NCBI GenBank assembly: GCA_035327305.1
Contig: DAOLDL010000004.1
Location: forward strand, 12,180 to 76,179
Origin: Kiritimatiellia bacterium
GTDB lineage: Bacteria; Verrucomicrobiota; Kiritimatiellia; CAIVKH01
Length of the DNA stretch: 64,000 nucleotides
Direction of reading: 5' to 3'
Positions within the stretch are counted from its first letter, which is position 1. Every line of letters starts with the position of its first letter. The notes under the pieces were generated by a model that had not been told where the DNA came from, made no database searches, and was given only the letters and a program-made list of their open reading frames with translations. Shown here piece after piece: positions 39,950-50,623 of the stretch. The translations under genes were made by a program, and so were the position numbers.

Positions 39950-41548
39950 TTATTTTTCATCCAGCGCAAGCCGGATGTTTTTACCAAGCGCTTCCGGGTT
40001 GTAGGGTTTTTGAAAACTACGGCTTATACCCAATTTGCGCGCTTCCACGATGCGGGTTATGTCGGCAAAGCCACTGGCCAGCACGGCTTTCTGACCGGGA
40101 TATATTTCCAGCACGGCTTTGTAGGTTTCCACCCCGTCAAAGGCCTCGCCCAACACCAGATCTATTACCATCAGATCAAAAGGAGGTTTTCCCGGATTTG
40201 TGGCGAGTTGATTTTTCACCAACGCAATGGCATTGTGTCCGTTTTCCGCAGTTGTGACATTGTATCCAAGTTCTCTCAACATGGTGGAGGCCTCGGATCG
40301 CTGTTTTTCACTGTCATCAATCAACAAGATCGTTTCCCGACCGGTATAATCCGCGCGCAATTCAAGAACTGACGTTCTGTCCGAGTCGCTTGCGGGAAGA
40401 TAAATGGTCATGACATTCCCGATACCGGGGCCGGACCCGACATCGAGAAACCCTCCGTGATCTTCAACCACCCGATACACCATGGTCAAACCAAGACCGC
40501 TCAATAATCGGCGGCCCAAACGGCTTCTCACATAAAACGGCTCGAAGATACGGTCGATGTCCTCATCCGTCATGCGAATCGCGGTATCTTCAAAATGAAC
40601 CTGCACATATTCCCCGGGACGGTAGGATCCGAAACGACTGATGGGGTGATCCAACCTCTTTGCTGTTGTATGGATTTTAAGCAACCCTCCCCCGGTCATT
40701 GCTTCAAAGGCATTGATTGTGAGATTGGCGATCATTTGCCGCAAATGGTCGGGAGAACCGAAAACCAACGGCAATTCGGCGTCCAGCATGGTTTCGATTT
40801 TCACCTTGGCATGACCGGAGGAAATCTGCCGGTGTTCATCGCTGTTCAAATACTCGTTAATCAAATCGTTGATCATGATATCAGACTTTTTCAGGGTATT
40901 ACTTTTCCCGATGGCTTCGAGATCGCGAATAACCGCTGAAGCTTTGCGCAAAGCCTCTTCCAGTTCACTCAACCGACTTTGCAACGTATGCCCCGGCTCC
41001 AGGAGTCGGCCCAACTCACTCGGAATATCCTGAACAGGTATAATAATTTCATTCAAGTCGTGGGCGGCGCCTTCGGCCAGCATGCCAAGCGATGACATGC
41101 GTTCGGCGCGGTTTAATTGTTCATGAATGACTTTTTTGCGATCTTCGGAATGCCGGCGTTCATGAGCGAGAGAGCGCCGTAAATTTACGGCATCCAGCAC
41201 CATGCGTACACGATGAATCACCTCTTCTGGATCGGCAGGCTTCTGAATGTAATCGCTTGCCCCGCCCTTCAGCGCTTCAAGCGCATTGTGAATCGTGCCG
41301 TGCCCGGTAATGATCATCACCGCCGTTTCCGGATACCCCGCCTGAAGTTCACGCAGTATATCCATGCCGTTTTCATCACCCAGAACGAGGTCGCACAGGA
41401 CGAGATCAACGGTTTGACGCCCCATTAAAACGCGAACTTCCGCCGCGCAGGTTGCGGTCAAGACCACAAAGCCGCCGCGTTCGAGATTTACCGCAAGGCC
41501 CGACCGCACCAGGTCATCATCATCCACAACCATGACTGTTTCATTCAT
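39950..41548 (-). CDS. Hybrid two-component protein: REC - HisKA/HATPase - REC
   Basis: N-terminal receiver (VMVVDDDDLVR...DLVLCDLVLGDENG...IIITGHG). Kinase core (ERMSSLGMLAEGAAHDLNE; GLGLTMV). C-terminal receiver (ILLIDDSE...DLMVIDLVLG). Confidence 0.8.
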   Translation of the reverse strand: MNETVMVVDDDDLVRSGLAVNLERGGFVVLTATCAAEVRVLMGRQTVDLVLCDLVLGDENGMDILRELQAGYPETAVMIITGHGTIHNALEALKGGASDYIQKPADPEEVIHRVRMVLDAVNLRRSLAHERRHSEDRKKVIHEQLNRAERMSSLGMLAEGAAHDLNEIIIPVQDIPSELGRLLEPGHTLQSRLSELEEALRKASAVIRDLEAIGKSNTLKKSDIMINDLINEYLNSDEHRQISSGHAKVKIETMLDAELPLVFGSPDHLRQMIANLTINAFEAMTGGGLLKIHTTAKRLDHPISRFGSYRPGEYVQVHFEDTAIRMTDEDIDRIFEPFYVRSRLGRRLLSGLGLTMVYRVVEDHGGFLDVGSGPGIGNVMTIYLPASDSDRTSVLELRADYTGRETILLIDDSEKQRSEASTMLRELGYNVTTAENGHNAIALVKNQLATNPGKPPFDLMVIDLVLGEAFDGVETYKAVLEIYPGQKAVLASGFADITRIVEARKLGISRSFQKPYNPEALGKNIRLALDEK

Positions 41549-44500
41549 GCATCCCTCTTCTTCAATGGAATTCTCAAGGAGAACGTGGTTTTACCAGGCT
41601 TACTTTCCACGTGAATAACGCCGTGGCTCGACCGCACAAGGGAGTCGGCAACGCTCAACCCCAGCCCGGTCCCTTTTGCGCCTTTGGTGGTATGAAAGGG
41701 TTTGAATATCTGCGACAATTGATCGGAGGGAATTCCACAACCGGAATCCGTGATTTGTATAACCGATTCGTTGTGTTCCTCCACGGCCTGCACCTTGATC
41801 ACTCCTCCATCCGGCATGGCGTCACGGGCATTAATCAGAAGATTCAGTAGAACCTGCACCAGATACCGGCGCGGCATGGCAACCATCATGAACGGCGCGC
41901 GAACGTCGGTTTCGATGGTGACTTTTGATCGCTTGAATTGGCTGGCCAGCAACTGCGTAACAAATTCAATGGCTTCGCGGCATTCCACGGACTCACCTTC
42001 CTGCTCGCTTGATCGGCCGAAAATAAGCAATTTTCTCACCAGCGTCGCGATGGTGTCGATTCCACGCTCAACCATGATCAGGCTTTTGCGGGCATTTTCA
42101 TCCGCCTTAAGCGCGCGATGCACGGAATGCAAATGGCTTAACATGCCCTGCAAGGGATTGTTGATTTCGTGGGCCATGCCGGCGGCCAGCATGCCCAGGG
42201 AATTCAACCGGTCCGTCCGCTCCATGAAATCGCGATGTTGCGCCTGAATCAGGTGTTGTTCCTCCTCGGCTTTTTTGCGGGCGATAATATTGCCCAACAA
42301 TGCGCAAAAGACCGCGAGAATTTCCTGCTTTACCTCATCCACCGGCGCGCCGCTGATCGCGCAATCGTTGCAGAACAGCCCGATGGCGCCATGTTGATGC
42401 GACATGATCGGAGTAAGCGCCACCCACCCGCGACCAAAGCCGACCATGGTTTGACCATCCCACTCAAAGTATGGCTCGCTGACAATCATCCATGGCTTTT
42501 CACCCGGCTTGCGGGGATTCAATCTTTCCCGCCATTTATCATCGATGTGAATGACATGATCCGTCTCTCGCGCGGTTTGTCCCTTGAGGTTGGTGCCAAA
42601 GGTGCCGACGATGGAGTCATCCCGAACAATCATGATTGCCGACCGCTCCAGGTTCAGCTTTTCGCGCGACAGCTCCACCGCTCGCCGGTACAGATCCTCC
42701 AGATTCGCCGCGGCCAACAGGGAGTCCGCCATTTCCAGGACAGAACGCAAGCCGGTCATGGTTGCTTCCTGGCGTTGTTCCGCGATTTTCCGGTCGGTAA
42801 TGTCCATTACCACGCCTTGATAATGGGTGATTTCCCCACCGACGCCTCGCCGCACCCACGTGCGATCATCGATCCAACGCAACTCCCCTCGTTTGGAAAA
42901 CACACGATACTGTTGCTCAAATTCGTTTGCGCCGGATCGTGAATATTCGGTCACCTGCGCGGCCACCATGGGCAAGTCATCAGGATGTACGATTTGCGAA
43001 AACGGCATGCCGCCGGCGGTGAAATCGTCCGGGGAATAGCCTAGTTGACGGACATTATCCGACACGTATTCGACCGGCCACCCCGGTTCGGCGCGCCACA
43101 GAAAGACCATGGCCGGACTTTTGCTGACGATTTTCTCCAGCTCCTCGCGCCGTCGGTTTTCGATTTGCAATGCCGCCTGGGCTTGTTTCAAATCCGTAAG
43201 ATCAACCATCGCTCCGACAATGCCGGTGACATCGCCCTTGTCATCATGAACCAGCGCCTTGCTGAACATGACCTGATGACGCGTTCCGTCGGAGTGCAAT
43301 ACGGCACCTTCGTACTGCTGTAATCCGGCGGACCGGATCAGCGCCATGTCCTGTTGATGATAACGTTCGGCCAGATCAGGAGGCGCCAAATCGAAGACCG
43401 TATGACCGATGATATCTTCGCGGGGATATCCGAGAAATTGCGCGAACGCCTCGTTGCATTCCTGGTAGTAGCCGAGTTTATCCTTGTGAAAAATCGGCAT
43501 GGGCATGGCGTCAATTAATTGCCGCTGGAAGGCGAATTGACGGTGCAAAGCCTGCTCGGTCAGCTTGCGTTGCGTGACATCCTCCATGACTTCGAGGTAA
43601 TGTGTAATCACCCCGGTGGTATTGCGAATCGGCGAAATGGAGGCCAGCCCCCAATAAGTTTCGCCGTTTTTCTTCCGGTTGAGTATTTCACCGCTCCACT
43701 CCCCGCCCACCGTAATGGTGGCCCACATATCCCGGTATACGGACTCGGGAACATCGCCGCCCTTCAACAGGCGGGGATTTTTTCCGATGACTTCATCGGG
43801 AGCATAACCGGTGACAATGGTAAACTTCGGATTAACGTAGGTAATGTCGCCGTTTTTATCAGTGATCAGCACAATGCTCGGGCTTTGCTCCACCGCTTGA
43901 AAAAGTTGCCGGATCTGCAACTCGGCCAGCTTGGAATGCGTGATATCACGGGATATGCCAAACGTGCCCTTGATGCGGCCCTGCCTATCAACAAGGGGAA
44001 GCTTGGTGATAGAGACCCAGGTATCCTTGCCATCCGGCCAGATAATATGTTCCTCCTTGGCCAAAATCGGTTGCCCCGATTCACGCACCCGGGCCTCCTC
44101 CTGCAGTTTTTCCTCGGCCACGGCGGGTGAGAAGTAATCCATTTCCGACAATCCGACGGCCTCGGCCGGATCTTTGAGGCCCAGAGCATGAGCCATTGCG
44201 TGATTGATCCGTAAAAACCTTCCCCGATGATCCTTGAAATAAATATGATCGGGGGTGTTTTCCATGAGTGCGCGCATCAACGTGCGTTCATTGGTCAACT
44301 CACCGCTTACACGTAAACGCTCATTGACCTCTTCCACGGTTTCCTGCGCCATTTTGTGATAAATGTGCAGGACGATAAAAGCCGCGACACCGGCGATCAT
44401 GCCAATACCGGCAAGGGGGATTATATACGCCTGCGTAAACGAAAGATGAATGCGTAGCATGTCGTGCAGAACCTCGAACGCCGCGACCGCCGCCATGGTG

Positions 44501-44625
44501 AGAAACATGGCCAGCAGTACCGGGCCGATCCAGCCGAACCGGCGGGTCTTTTTATTCCATCGTATGACGACATTGATCAGATCACGCACGCTTGGTCTCC
44601 GGTCCGGTTGCAGGCGGCAAAACAA
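41545..44625 (-). CDS. Membrane-bound multi-PAS sensor histidine kinase
   Basis: Two N-terminal TM helices and at least 4 PAS/PAC modules. HisKA NSLGMLAAGMAHEINNPL. HATPase_c with the G-box GTGLGLSV. 4-nt overlap with the downstream hybrid kinase. Confidence 0.85.
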   Translation of the reverse strand: MFCRLQPDRRPSVRDLINVVIRWNKKTRRFGWIGPVLLAMFLTMAAVAAFEVLHDMLRIHLSFTQAYIIPLAGIGMIAGVAAFIVLHIYHKMAQETVEEVNERLRVSGELTNERTLMRALMENTPDHIYFKDHRGRFLRINHAMAHALGLKDPAEAVGLSEMDYFSPAVAEEKLQEEARVRESGQPILAKEEHIIWPDGKDTWVSITKLPLVDRQGRIKGTFGISRDITHSKLAELQIRQLFQAVEQSPSIVLITDKNGDITYVNPKFTIVTGYAPDEVIGKNPRLLKGGDVPESVYRDMWATITVGGEWSGEILNRKKNGETYWGLASISPIRNTTGVITHYLEVMEDVTQRKLTEQALHRQFAFQRQLIDAMPMPIFHKDKLGYYQECNEAFAQFLGYPREDIIGHTVFDLAPPDLAERYHQQDMALIRSAGLQQYEGAVLHSDGTRHQVMFSKALVHDDKGDVTGIVGAMVDLTDLKQAQAALQIENRRREELEKIVSKSPAMVFLWRAEPGWPVEYVSDNVRQLGYSPDDFTAGGMPFSQIVHPDDLPMVAAQVTEYSRSGANEFEQQYRVFSKRGELRWIDDRTWVRRGVGGEITHYQGVVMDITDRKIAEQRQEATMTGLRSVLEMADSLLAAANLEDLYRRAVELSREKLNLERSAIMIVRDDSIVGTFGTNLKGQTARETDHVIHIDDKWRERLNPRKPGEKPWMIVSEPYFEWDGQTMVGFGRGWVALTPIMSHQHGAIGLFCNDCAISGAPVDEVKQEILAVFCALLGNIIARKKAEEEQHLIQAQHRDFMERTDRLNSLGMLAAGMAHEINNPLQGMLSHLHSVHRALKADENARKSLIMVERGIDTIATLVRKLLIFGRSSEQEGESVECREAIEFVTQLLASQFKRSKVTIETDVRAPFMMVAMPRRYLVQVLLNLLINARDAMPDGGVIKVQAVEEHNESVIQITDSGCGIPSDQLSQIFKPFHTTKGAKGTGLGLSVADSLVRSSHGVIHVESKPGKTTFSLRIPLKKRDA

Positions 44626-44763
44626 AGGAGCGCATCAACAAATTCCCATCGCCCGCAACCGGCAACACAAGGATGATAAACCAGCGGCGGGTGTGATCAA
44701 TCAAATATCTTTGTCCGGCGCTTGATCCTTTGTTTTCCGGCGTAATATTCGGGTGTTTGCCGT

Positions 44764-45102
44764 TTATTCCAGCAAAGCATCTATCTTTGCCGCGCAAATG
44801 AAATCGTTTTCGGTAAGTCCGCCGACGGAGTGGGTACTGTATCGAATCGTACAGACTTTATAACCAAATGTGATGTCGGGATGATGGTCTTCCCGGTGTG
44901 CCAGCCAGGCGACGGCATTTACAAACGATACGGTTTGATAGTAGTTCTTGAACGTAAACACGCGACTGATCTGCTTGCCGTCGCGGGCCCAGGCCGGTAT
45001 GCGCATTAACATTTCGCAAACGCTTTCATCCGACAAAGGCTTTGTTCCGCTTTCGCAGGGTTTGCATTGTTTTTTTACAAGATTCGATTCCATTTCATTC
45101 AT
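44764..45102 (-). CDS. phhB: Pterin-4-alpha-carbinolamine dehydratase
   Basis: EDHHPDITFGYKVCTIRYSTHSVGGLTENDFICAAKID is the PCD/DCoH signature. Confidence 0.85.
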   Translation of the reverse strand: MNEMESNLVKKQCKPCESGTKPLSDESVCEMLMRIPAWARDGKQISRVFTFKNYYQTVSFVNAVAWLAHREDHHPDITFGYKVCTIRYSTHSVGGLTENDFICAAKIDALLE

Positions 45103-45123
45103 CGTTCACCTCGTTGTGATGAT

Positions 45124-47610
45124 TTATCCATCAAGGGAAACACCTGGAATAAGCCGCCGGATCAAAGCCTGCCGCTCCGGTTGTAATACTGCCGCTCTCC
45201 GGGCATTATTCACGGCCGGCTCAAAAGCCCCGTTGAACAAACAGAATACCGCAAGCGATATCAAAGCTTCAGCCCGTTCATTTTGCGGTATTCGATCCAG
45301 GTTTCCGTAAAACTCGCCCATCCTGATCAGTGTGGGAACCCTGACATCCTCCCATGCGTGCGTGGATATGGTTCGACCGTCAAGCGACACCCGAAGACCA
45401 ATGGTGGTCCCGCTGATAACGTCCCCACCGAGATCGCTTCCATCGGCCCGCGTAAAAGGTTGAACATCGAAACTGCGAATGAGAAATGTTTTTAATGCAT
45501 CCATGCGGTCCACGACTTCCCGGATCAACCGCGCGGCTTCGCGCCCTTCATCCGTGGTCATTTCCGAAGGCAATGTGGACATCGACAGGGATGCGCGGCG
45601 ATAATCCCGATTTCGCATGATGAGCGATGACATTTCCGCCACGGCTGAATCGATGCGGTCGAAGTCCTTCTGCACCTTTAATCGGTGCGCACGCGCCTCG
45701 GTGGCCGACGCGGCTTCCTGCCGGTGTCGCGCCGCTTCACCCGCCCTTTGTATGTGCGGTGCAATGCGCCCGCCAAACAAGGCCGGCGCATTCTTCTGAT
45801 AAACCTGCAATATCAAGCGCGCGGGAACAGCCATGCCGGCTTCAATCATGCGATCAGCCTGGCGTTGCACATCCTCCAATTCGGCAAGCGATCGCAACCA
45901 GTGATCCACGGCGGGGGAAAATCCATAAACCCAGGCGGGGCCGCCGGAATCACGACGCGATTGGTACGCCAACAATTTGGCGCGCCCTTCGGGTAGCGCT
46001 CCCTTGGAAAGCGACTGCATACCAGAAGCCAGATCGTGAAAATCGCCAAACCATGCCGGCCATTTTTCGCGCATGCGACCCACTTCCTGATCGGTCATGC
46101 GACCCAGCAAATGCCGGGCGATGACATGCGGCATGTGGTTGGGATGATCCTCGGACTGGCTGATCCGGGCGCGGACAATTTGATCAAGCGCGGATGTGGC
46201 GCGTCGGTCATCGCCGCCCGACCAGTAAATCACGGCTTGAAGCAATGGAACCCACAATGCCCTTGCGTTGTTTCGGGGAATATCGCGCCCGACTTCCTGC
46301 AAACGCCTCACGGAACCGGCATAGTCGGACACGGCCAGCGACATGGCCGCAACAAGCCGGGTTTCCTCATCCGGCTGAAACAACTGAACCACCATGCGCT
46401 TTCTGATCTGACCATCGCGTCCTCGCACATCCTCAATGGTATAAATCTGCTCTTCCGGCTCCGGCGGCCTTTGCTGGGCCGGAGTCGCGGATTTGGCCGG
46501 CGGGCGCGCCGTGGTTGTCGTCACCGGCGGAGGTGGTTTGGCTTTTTCCGCCTGGTACCACTTCCATGTTCCAAACCCGACGCCAAAAATGACCATTATG
46601 GCGACGGCGGCGATTATACGCGATGCCTTGCCGGCGCTTTGAGATTTCCCTTTCGCCGTTTTTTTCGCTTCCCGGGCCGCTTCCAGGGCGACGTTCATAT
46701 CGCTTTTTAGCGATGCCGAATTGGGATACCGCAGATACGGATCGGCGGCCATCATGCGGTTGATCAGCTCAACGGTTTGCGGTTGAAGATTCTGGCGCAA
46801 TCCACGTATATCCGGCGGAGGATGTTTCAAGCGGGCCAGCACGACATCGGCCGCGGTTTTGCCTTCAAAAGGAGGCTGTCCGGCCAAAGCGTGGTACATG
46901 GTTGCGCCTAAACTGTAGATATCTGACCGGTGGTCAGCCAGGTTTCCGCGCGCGCGCTCCGGCGATATATAATATGGCGTTCCCCAGATTTCCCCCCGGT
47001 TCTTCTGGGCGTTGACAAATTGCGCCAATCCGAAGTCCACGATTTTCGCCGTGCCGTTGTTGTCGATCAGCACATTTTCCGGCTTGATATCGCCGTGAAC
47101 CAAACCCACCTCATTGGCGGCCTTCAAACCTTCCGCGACATCCAGCGCGATTTTGAGAAGTTTCACTTCGTCCATCGGCTCGGTCTTGGTGAACATATGG
47201 TTCATTTTGCCGCCAGTGACCAACTCCATGACAATATAAGGTTGTCCGTTTTGCTGACCGCAGGAGTAAATCTGGACGATGTTGCGGTGATTCAACGCGG
47301 CGGCGGCTTGCGCCTCGCGAATGAAACTTTCCACCAGCTTGGCATCTTCACCCAGGGCGGCTTTCATAACCTTGATGGCAACAAATCGATTGAGCGCGGT
47401 ATCCAGCCCGCGATAAACGGCGCCCATCCCGCCTGATCCCATTTGTTCCACCAGCAGAAATTGGCCCAACAAAACCGGTATGGTCATCTCCGTCGCGCAA
47501 TGCGGACAATTAATGCGTGAAAAGGCCGGGCGGCCCGTGACATCGATTTCCTTCCGGCATTTCGGACATGCCATGCGGTCAACCGGCGTGGATATGAGGT
47601 CCTGATCCAT
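45124..47610 (-). CDS. Ser/Thr protein kinase with N-terminal zinc-ribbon and C-terminal TM/extracytoplasmic domain
   Basis: CPKCRKEIDV...CPHCATEM zinc ribbon. Kinase motifs AIKVMK, HRNIVQ, HGDIKPENVLI, DFGLA and GTPYYISPE. TM helix IIAAVAIMVIFGVGFGTW. Confidence 0.85.
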   Translation of the reverse strand: MDQDLISTPVDRMACPKCRKEIDVTGRPAFSRINCPHCATEMTIPVLLGQFLLVEQMGSGGMGAVYRGLDTALNRFVAIKVMKAALGEDAKLVESFIREAQAAAALNHRNIVQIYSCGQQNGQPYIVMELVTGGKMNHMFTKTEPMDEVKLLKIALDVAEGLKAANEVGLVHGDIKPENVLIDNNGTAKIVDFGLAQFVNAQKNRGEIWGTPYYISPERARGNLADHRSDIYSLGATMYHALAGQPPFEGKTAADVVLARLKHPPPDIRGLRQNLQPQTVELINRMMAADPYLRYPNSASLKSDMNVALEAAREAKKTAKGKSQSAGKASRIIAAVAIMVIFGVGFGTWKWYQAEKAKPPPPVTTTTARPPAKSATPAQQRPPEPEEQIYTIEDVRGRDGQIRKRMVVQLFQPDEETRLVAAMSLAVSDYAGSVRRLQEVGRDIPRNNARALWVPLLQAVIYWSGGDDRRATSALDQIVRARISQSEDHPNHMPHVIARHLLGRMTDQEVGRMREKWPAWFGDFHDLASGMQSLSKGALPEGRAKLLAYQSRRDSGGPAWVYGFSPAVDHWLRSLAELEDVQRQADRMIEAGMAVPARLILQVYQKNAPALFGGRIAPHIQRAGEAARHRQEAASATEARAHRLKVQKDFDRIDSAVAEMSSLIMRNRDYRRASLSMSTLPSEMTTDEGREAARLIREVVDRMDALKTFLIRSFDVQPFTRADGSDLGGDVISGTTIGLRVSLDGRTISTHAWEDVRVPTLIRMGEFYGNLDRIPQNERAEALISLAVFCLFNGAFEPAVNNARRAAVLQPERQALIRRLIPGVSLDG

Positions 47611-47655
47611 GTCAAAATACTAGCAGAAGCAAGATTAGAATAAAACTGAAAGGAT

Positions 47656-49644
47656 TCAGCGTCCGGAAATCCAGGCGCGAATCGCCGGCGCCGAGGGGTC
47701 ATTCGGCGCCAATGCCAGGAACCGTTCGTAGTGTTGTCTGGCCTTCGCCGTGGTCTCCGGCTTGCCAGAAAAAATCACCCCCAGCGCATAATGTCCGACA
47801 GCATAATTGGGGCGTTTTCCCACCACGTCTTCCAGCATTCTCACCGCCGTGGCGTCATCACCGGCTTCGCGATACAACAGCGCCAGATTGTACTGGGCGT
47901 CGACCATATCGGCATTCAATCGCAGGGCATGGTGATAAGCGGCGCGGGCAAGTTCGTTCTCGCCTTTCATCGCATAACAAATGCCAAGATTGTAAAATGT
48001 GCCGGCGATTTGGTCATCGTTCTCAAGGGAACGCAGGTAAAAATAGACCGCGCGATCCCAATCCTTTTGATCGCGGTACGTGTCGGCGCGGCGGAAGGAT
48101 TGAACGGCGGCATCGGTGTTTCGGGTGGTCGGAGGCCGATAGTCAAGCTGGCGAACCGTCGATGTTTCCCGTGGGCGAAGCGGTGCGGGCCGGTTTCCTG
48201 CTCCAGGGGTTGGCGCCAGCGTTTCCGCGCGGGTTAAAGCGCGCGACGCACGTGAATCTCCGGGAAATGCGGCGGCAAATTCCCGGTACGTCCGCGCGGC
48301 GCTTTCCGGCAACTCAAGGTTCCGGTCATACAATACCGCCAACTCCCATGCGGCATCGGCATTGCGGGGATCCGATGCCAGCGCATTCCGGTAGCGCACC
48401 ATGGCGGTCTCAAAATCCTTGTTTTGCAAAGAAATACGCGCCAAACCGACTTGTGCGGGGGCGTAATTGGCATTGAGCGTCGCGGCCTGGTTGAATGATC
48501 GGGCGGCTTGGTCAAATCGTCCGCGCTCAAACAAATGCTGACCGAGCAATACATGGGCGCGGGGTTGATCGAGCGCGACGCGAACAGCTTCGCGATAGGC
48601 TTTTTCCTGCAACTCCACCTGTCGATCTCCTGCCGCCAGCTCCGCCGCCCGCACATATAAATCGATGGCAGGTTGCAACTGCCCGGCCCGGGCGCGCTCT
48701 TCAGCCTGGCGCAACATGGCATCATAGGGCGACTCGCGTACAGCGGTTGTTTCAACCCGCGGTGTCACGGTTGGTGTTGCGACGGGAGCCGCAGTTGGCG
48801 CGGCTGGCGGCGTCACTTCCGCCGTCAGATCCTCCGAAGGCGGTATGAATATTTCACCGGATTCGGCTTGGGATTTTATTGTGCCGGACTGGTCCAGCCT
48901 GGCCAGGGCCGACCGAGCTATAGGCACCCGTTCATCACGGGGCACCGCCGAAATGAAACGTTTATAAAAAGCGCGCGCCTGATCAGCATCTCCAACCTGC
49001 ATATCATATACGACAGCGAGGTTAAAAAGTGACGGCGCGTGGCGGGTATCAATTTCCAGCGCATACATGAACGCTTCGATGGCCTGGGCCGGTTGCTCCA
49101 TGGCCGCATGCACCAGACCGATCGAATGATAAATACGCGCGGAGCGAGGCGCGCGATCCAGCGCGGTGTATAGAGAATTACGCGCATGAATAAATTGATC
49201 GCGCTGGAAATACAGGTCCGCGAGGTATTCAAGAGGCCGGGGATCTTCGCGGTTCATGCCGGCGGCTTCGTTCAGGTAGCGGGAGGCGCTCCGCATATCG
49301 TCGCGTTCTCCGGCCAGCACACCCAGATTGTATACCGGCTCGATCAAGTTTGGATTCAATCGTCGGCTGTCCTCAAATGCCGTTACGGCTTCCTGAAACT
49401 GCCCCAGCCGCCAGGCCGTGATGCCGAGATAGTTGTGCGCCATTGCATTGTCCACATGACCGGGGCGTCGGGCGATGGCCTTTTCGAAAAACGACTTCGC
49501 GCGAACGTAATTATCGCGCCGTAATTCACGCAAACCGGCATCAATTTCCTTCTGGCCCGCCGGTTTGGAACACGCGGAAGCCAGCAAAACGAAGGAAAGC
49601 ATCCCCGCAAAGAAAACAAACGATATTTTTGACGGAAATTGCAT
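47656..49644 (-). CDS. TPR-repeat lipoprotein
   Basis: Signal with Cys (FVLLASACSKP). At least 12 TPR units (A...Y.LG......G....A...Y..AL...P). Confidence 0.75.
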   Translation of the reverse strand: MQFPSKISFVFFAGMLSFVLLASACSKPAGQKEIDAGLRELRRDNYVRAKSFFEKAIARRPGHVDNAMAHNYLGITAWRLGQFQEAVTAFEDSRRLNPNLIEPVYNLGVLAGERDDMRSASRYLNEAAGMNREDPRPLEYLADLYFQRDQFIHARNSLYTALDRAPRSARIYHSIGLVHAAMEQPAQAIEAFMYALEIDTRHAPSLFNLAVVYDMQVGDADQARAFYKRFISAVPRDERVPIARSALARLDQSGTIKSQAESGEIFIPPSEDLTAEVTPPAAPTAAPVATPTVTPRVETTAVRESPYDAMLRQAEERARAGQLQPAIDLYVRAAELAAGDRQVELQEKAYREAVRVALDQPRAHVLLGQHLFERGRFDQAARSFNQAATLNANYAPAQVGLARISLQNKDFETAMVRYRNALASDPRNADAAWELAVLYDRNLELPESAARTYREFAAAFPGDSRASRALTRAETLAPTPGAGNRPAPLRPRETSTVRQLDYRPPTTRNTDAAVQSFRRADTYRDQKDWDRAVYFYLRSLENDDQIAGTFYNLGICYAMKGENELARAAYHHALRLNADMVDAQYNLALLYREAGDDATAVRMLEDVVGKRPNYAVGHYALGVIFSGKPETTAKARQHYERFLALAPNDPSAPAIRAWISGR

Positions 49645-49754
49645 AATATAATCGCACAGTAAATCAGAGAATATGCATTCGCAAGCGCAGAAAAGCTTGA
49701 ACGAGCAAGCTTGTTCTTGCCCAATTCAATTCAGCATGCGTTAATACATCCACT

Positions 49755-50564
49755 TTGCAAATTCAAACCGACAAACCCATTGCTTTTTTCGACATCGAGG
49801 CCACCGGGATTAATTTCCGAACCGACCGCATCATCGAACTGGCCATCGTAAAAATCCACCCCGACGGCTCAAGGGAAACCCACGAGTTTTTATTCAACCC
49901 GGAGCGACCCATTCCCGCCGAGGCATCCGCGGTCCACGGCATCAACGACGAAGATGTGAAGGATTGCCCCACCTTCAGCCAAACCGCGCCTCAAATCGCC
50001 GCGATTCTTCACGATTGCGACCTGGGCGGTTACAATGTCATTCATTACGACATCCCCCTACTGCAGGCGGAATTCGAACGCGTTGCATTACCCTTTGACA
50101 TAGAAGGCCGGCGAATTGTTGATGCCCAGAAAATATTTCATAAAAAGGAGCCGCGCGACCTGACTGCGGCCCTGGCGTTTTATTGCAATGACCAGCACAC
50201 CGGCGCACACGGGGCTTTAAGCGACGTCGAGGCGACCATCCGGGTTCTGGACGGTCAGATGCACAGATACCTGGACCTTCCCCGCAACATTGATTCCCTT
50301 TCGGAATTCTGTGATCAACGGGACCCGAGTTGGGCCGACCGAAAAGGGCGGTTTAAATGGGTAAACGGGGAGTTGATCATCAATTTCGGCAAAAAACAGG
50401 GCAAATTATTGAAAGAAATTGCTCGTTATGAACCCAGCTTCCTGCGTTGGATGATCACCAGCAGTTTTCCACCCGATGTTACCGCCATTGCCCGCAACGC
50501 CCTCGAGGGTAAGTTTCCCGAACCTCCCTTACCCAGCGGAAGCACGGCAAATGGGGACCAATGA
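49755..50564 (+). CDS. DEDDh 3'-5' exonuclease (DnaQ-like) with C-terminal extension
   Basis: Exo I FFDIEATG, Exo II HGINDEDV...YNVIHYDIPLL, Exo III HGALSDVEAT. TTG start per the ORF track. Confidence 0.65.
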   Translation: MQIQTDKPIAFFDIEATGINFRTDRIIELAIVKIHPDGSRETHEFLFNPERPIPAEASAVHGINDEDVKDCPTFSQTAPQIAAILHDCDLGGYNVIHYDIPLLQAEFERVALPFDIEGRRIVDAQKIFHKKEPRDLTAALAFYCNDQHTGAHGALSDVEATIRVLDGQMHRYLDLPRNIDSLSEFCDQRDPSWADRKGRFKWVNGELIINFGKKQGKLLKEIARYEPSFLRWMITSSFPPDVTAIARNALEGKFPEPPLPSGSTANGDQ

Positions 50565-50623
50565 TCATGGACTTTCGGAAGCCGGTCGTTACCTGACAGA
50601 GTCGTCCGGGATTTACCTAAACG

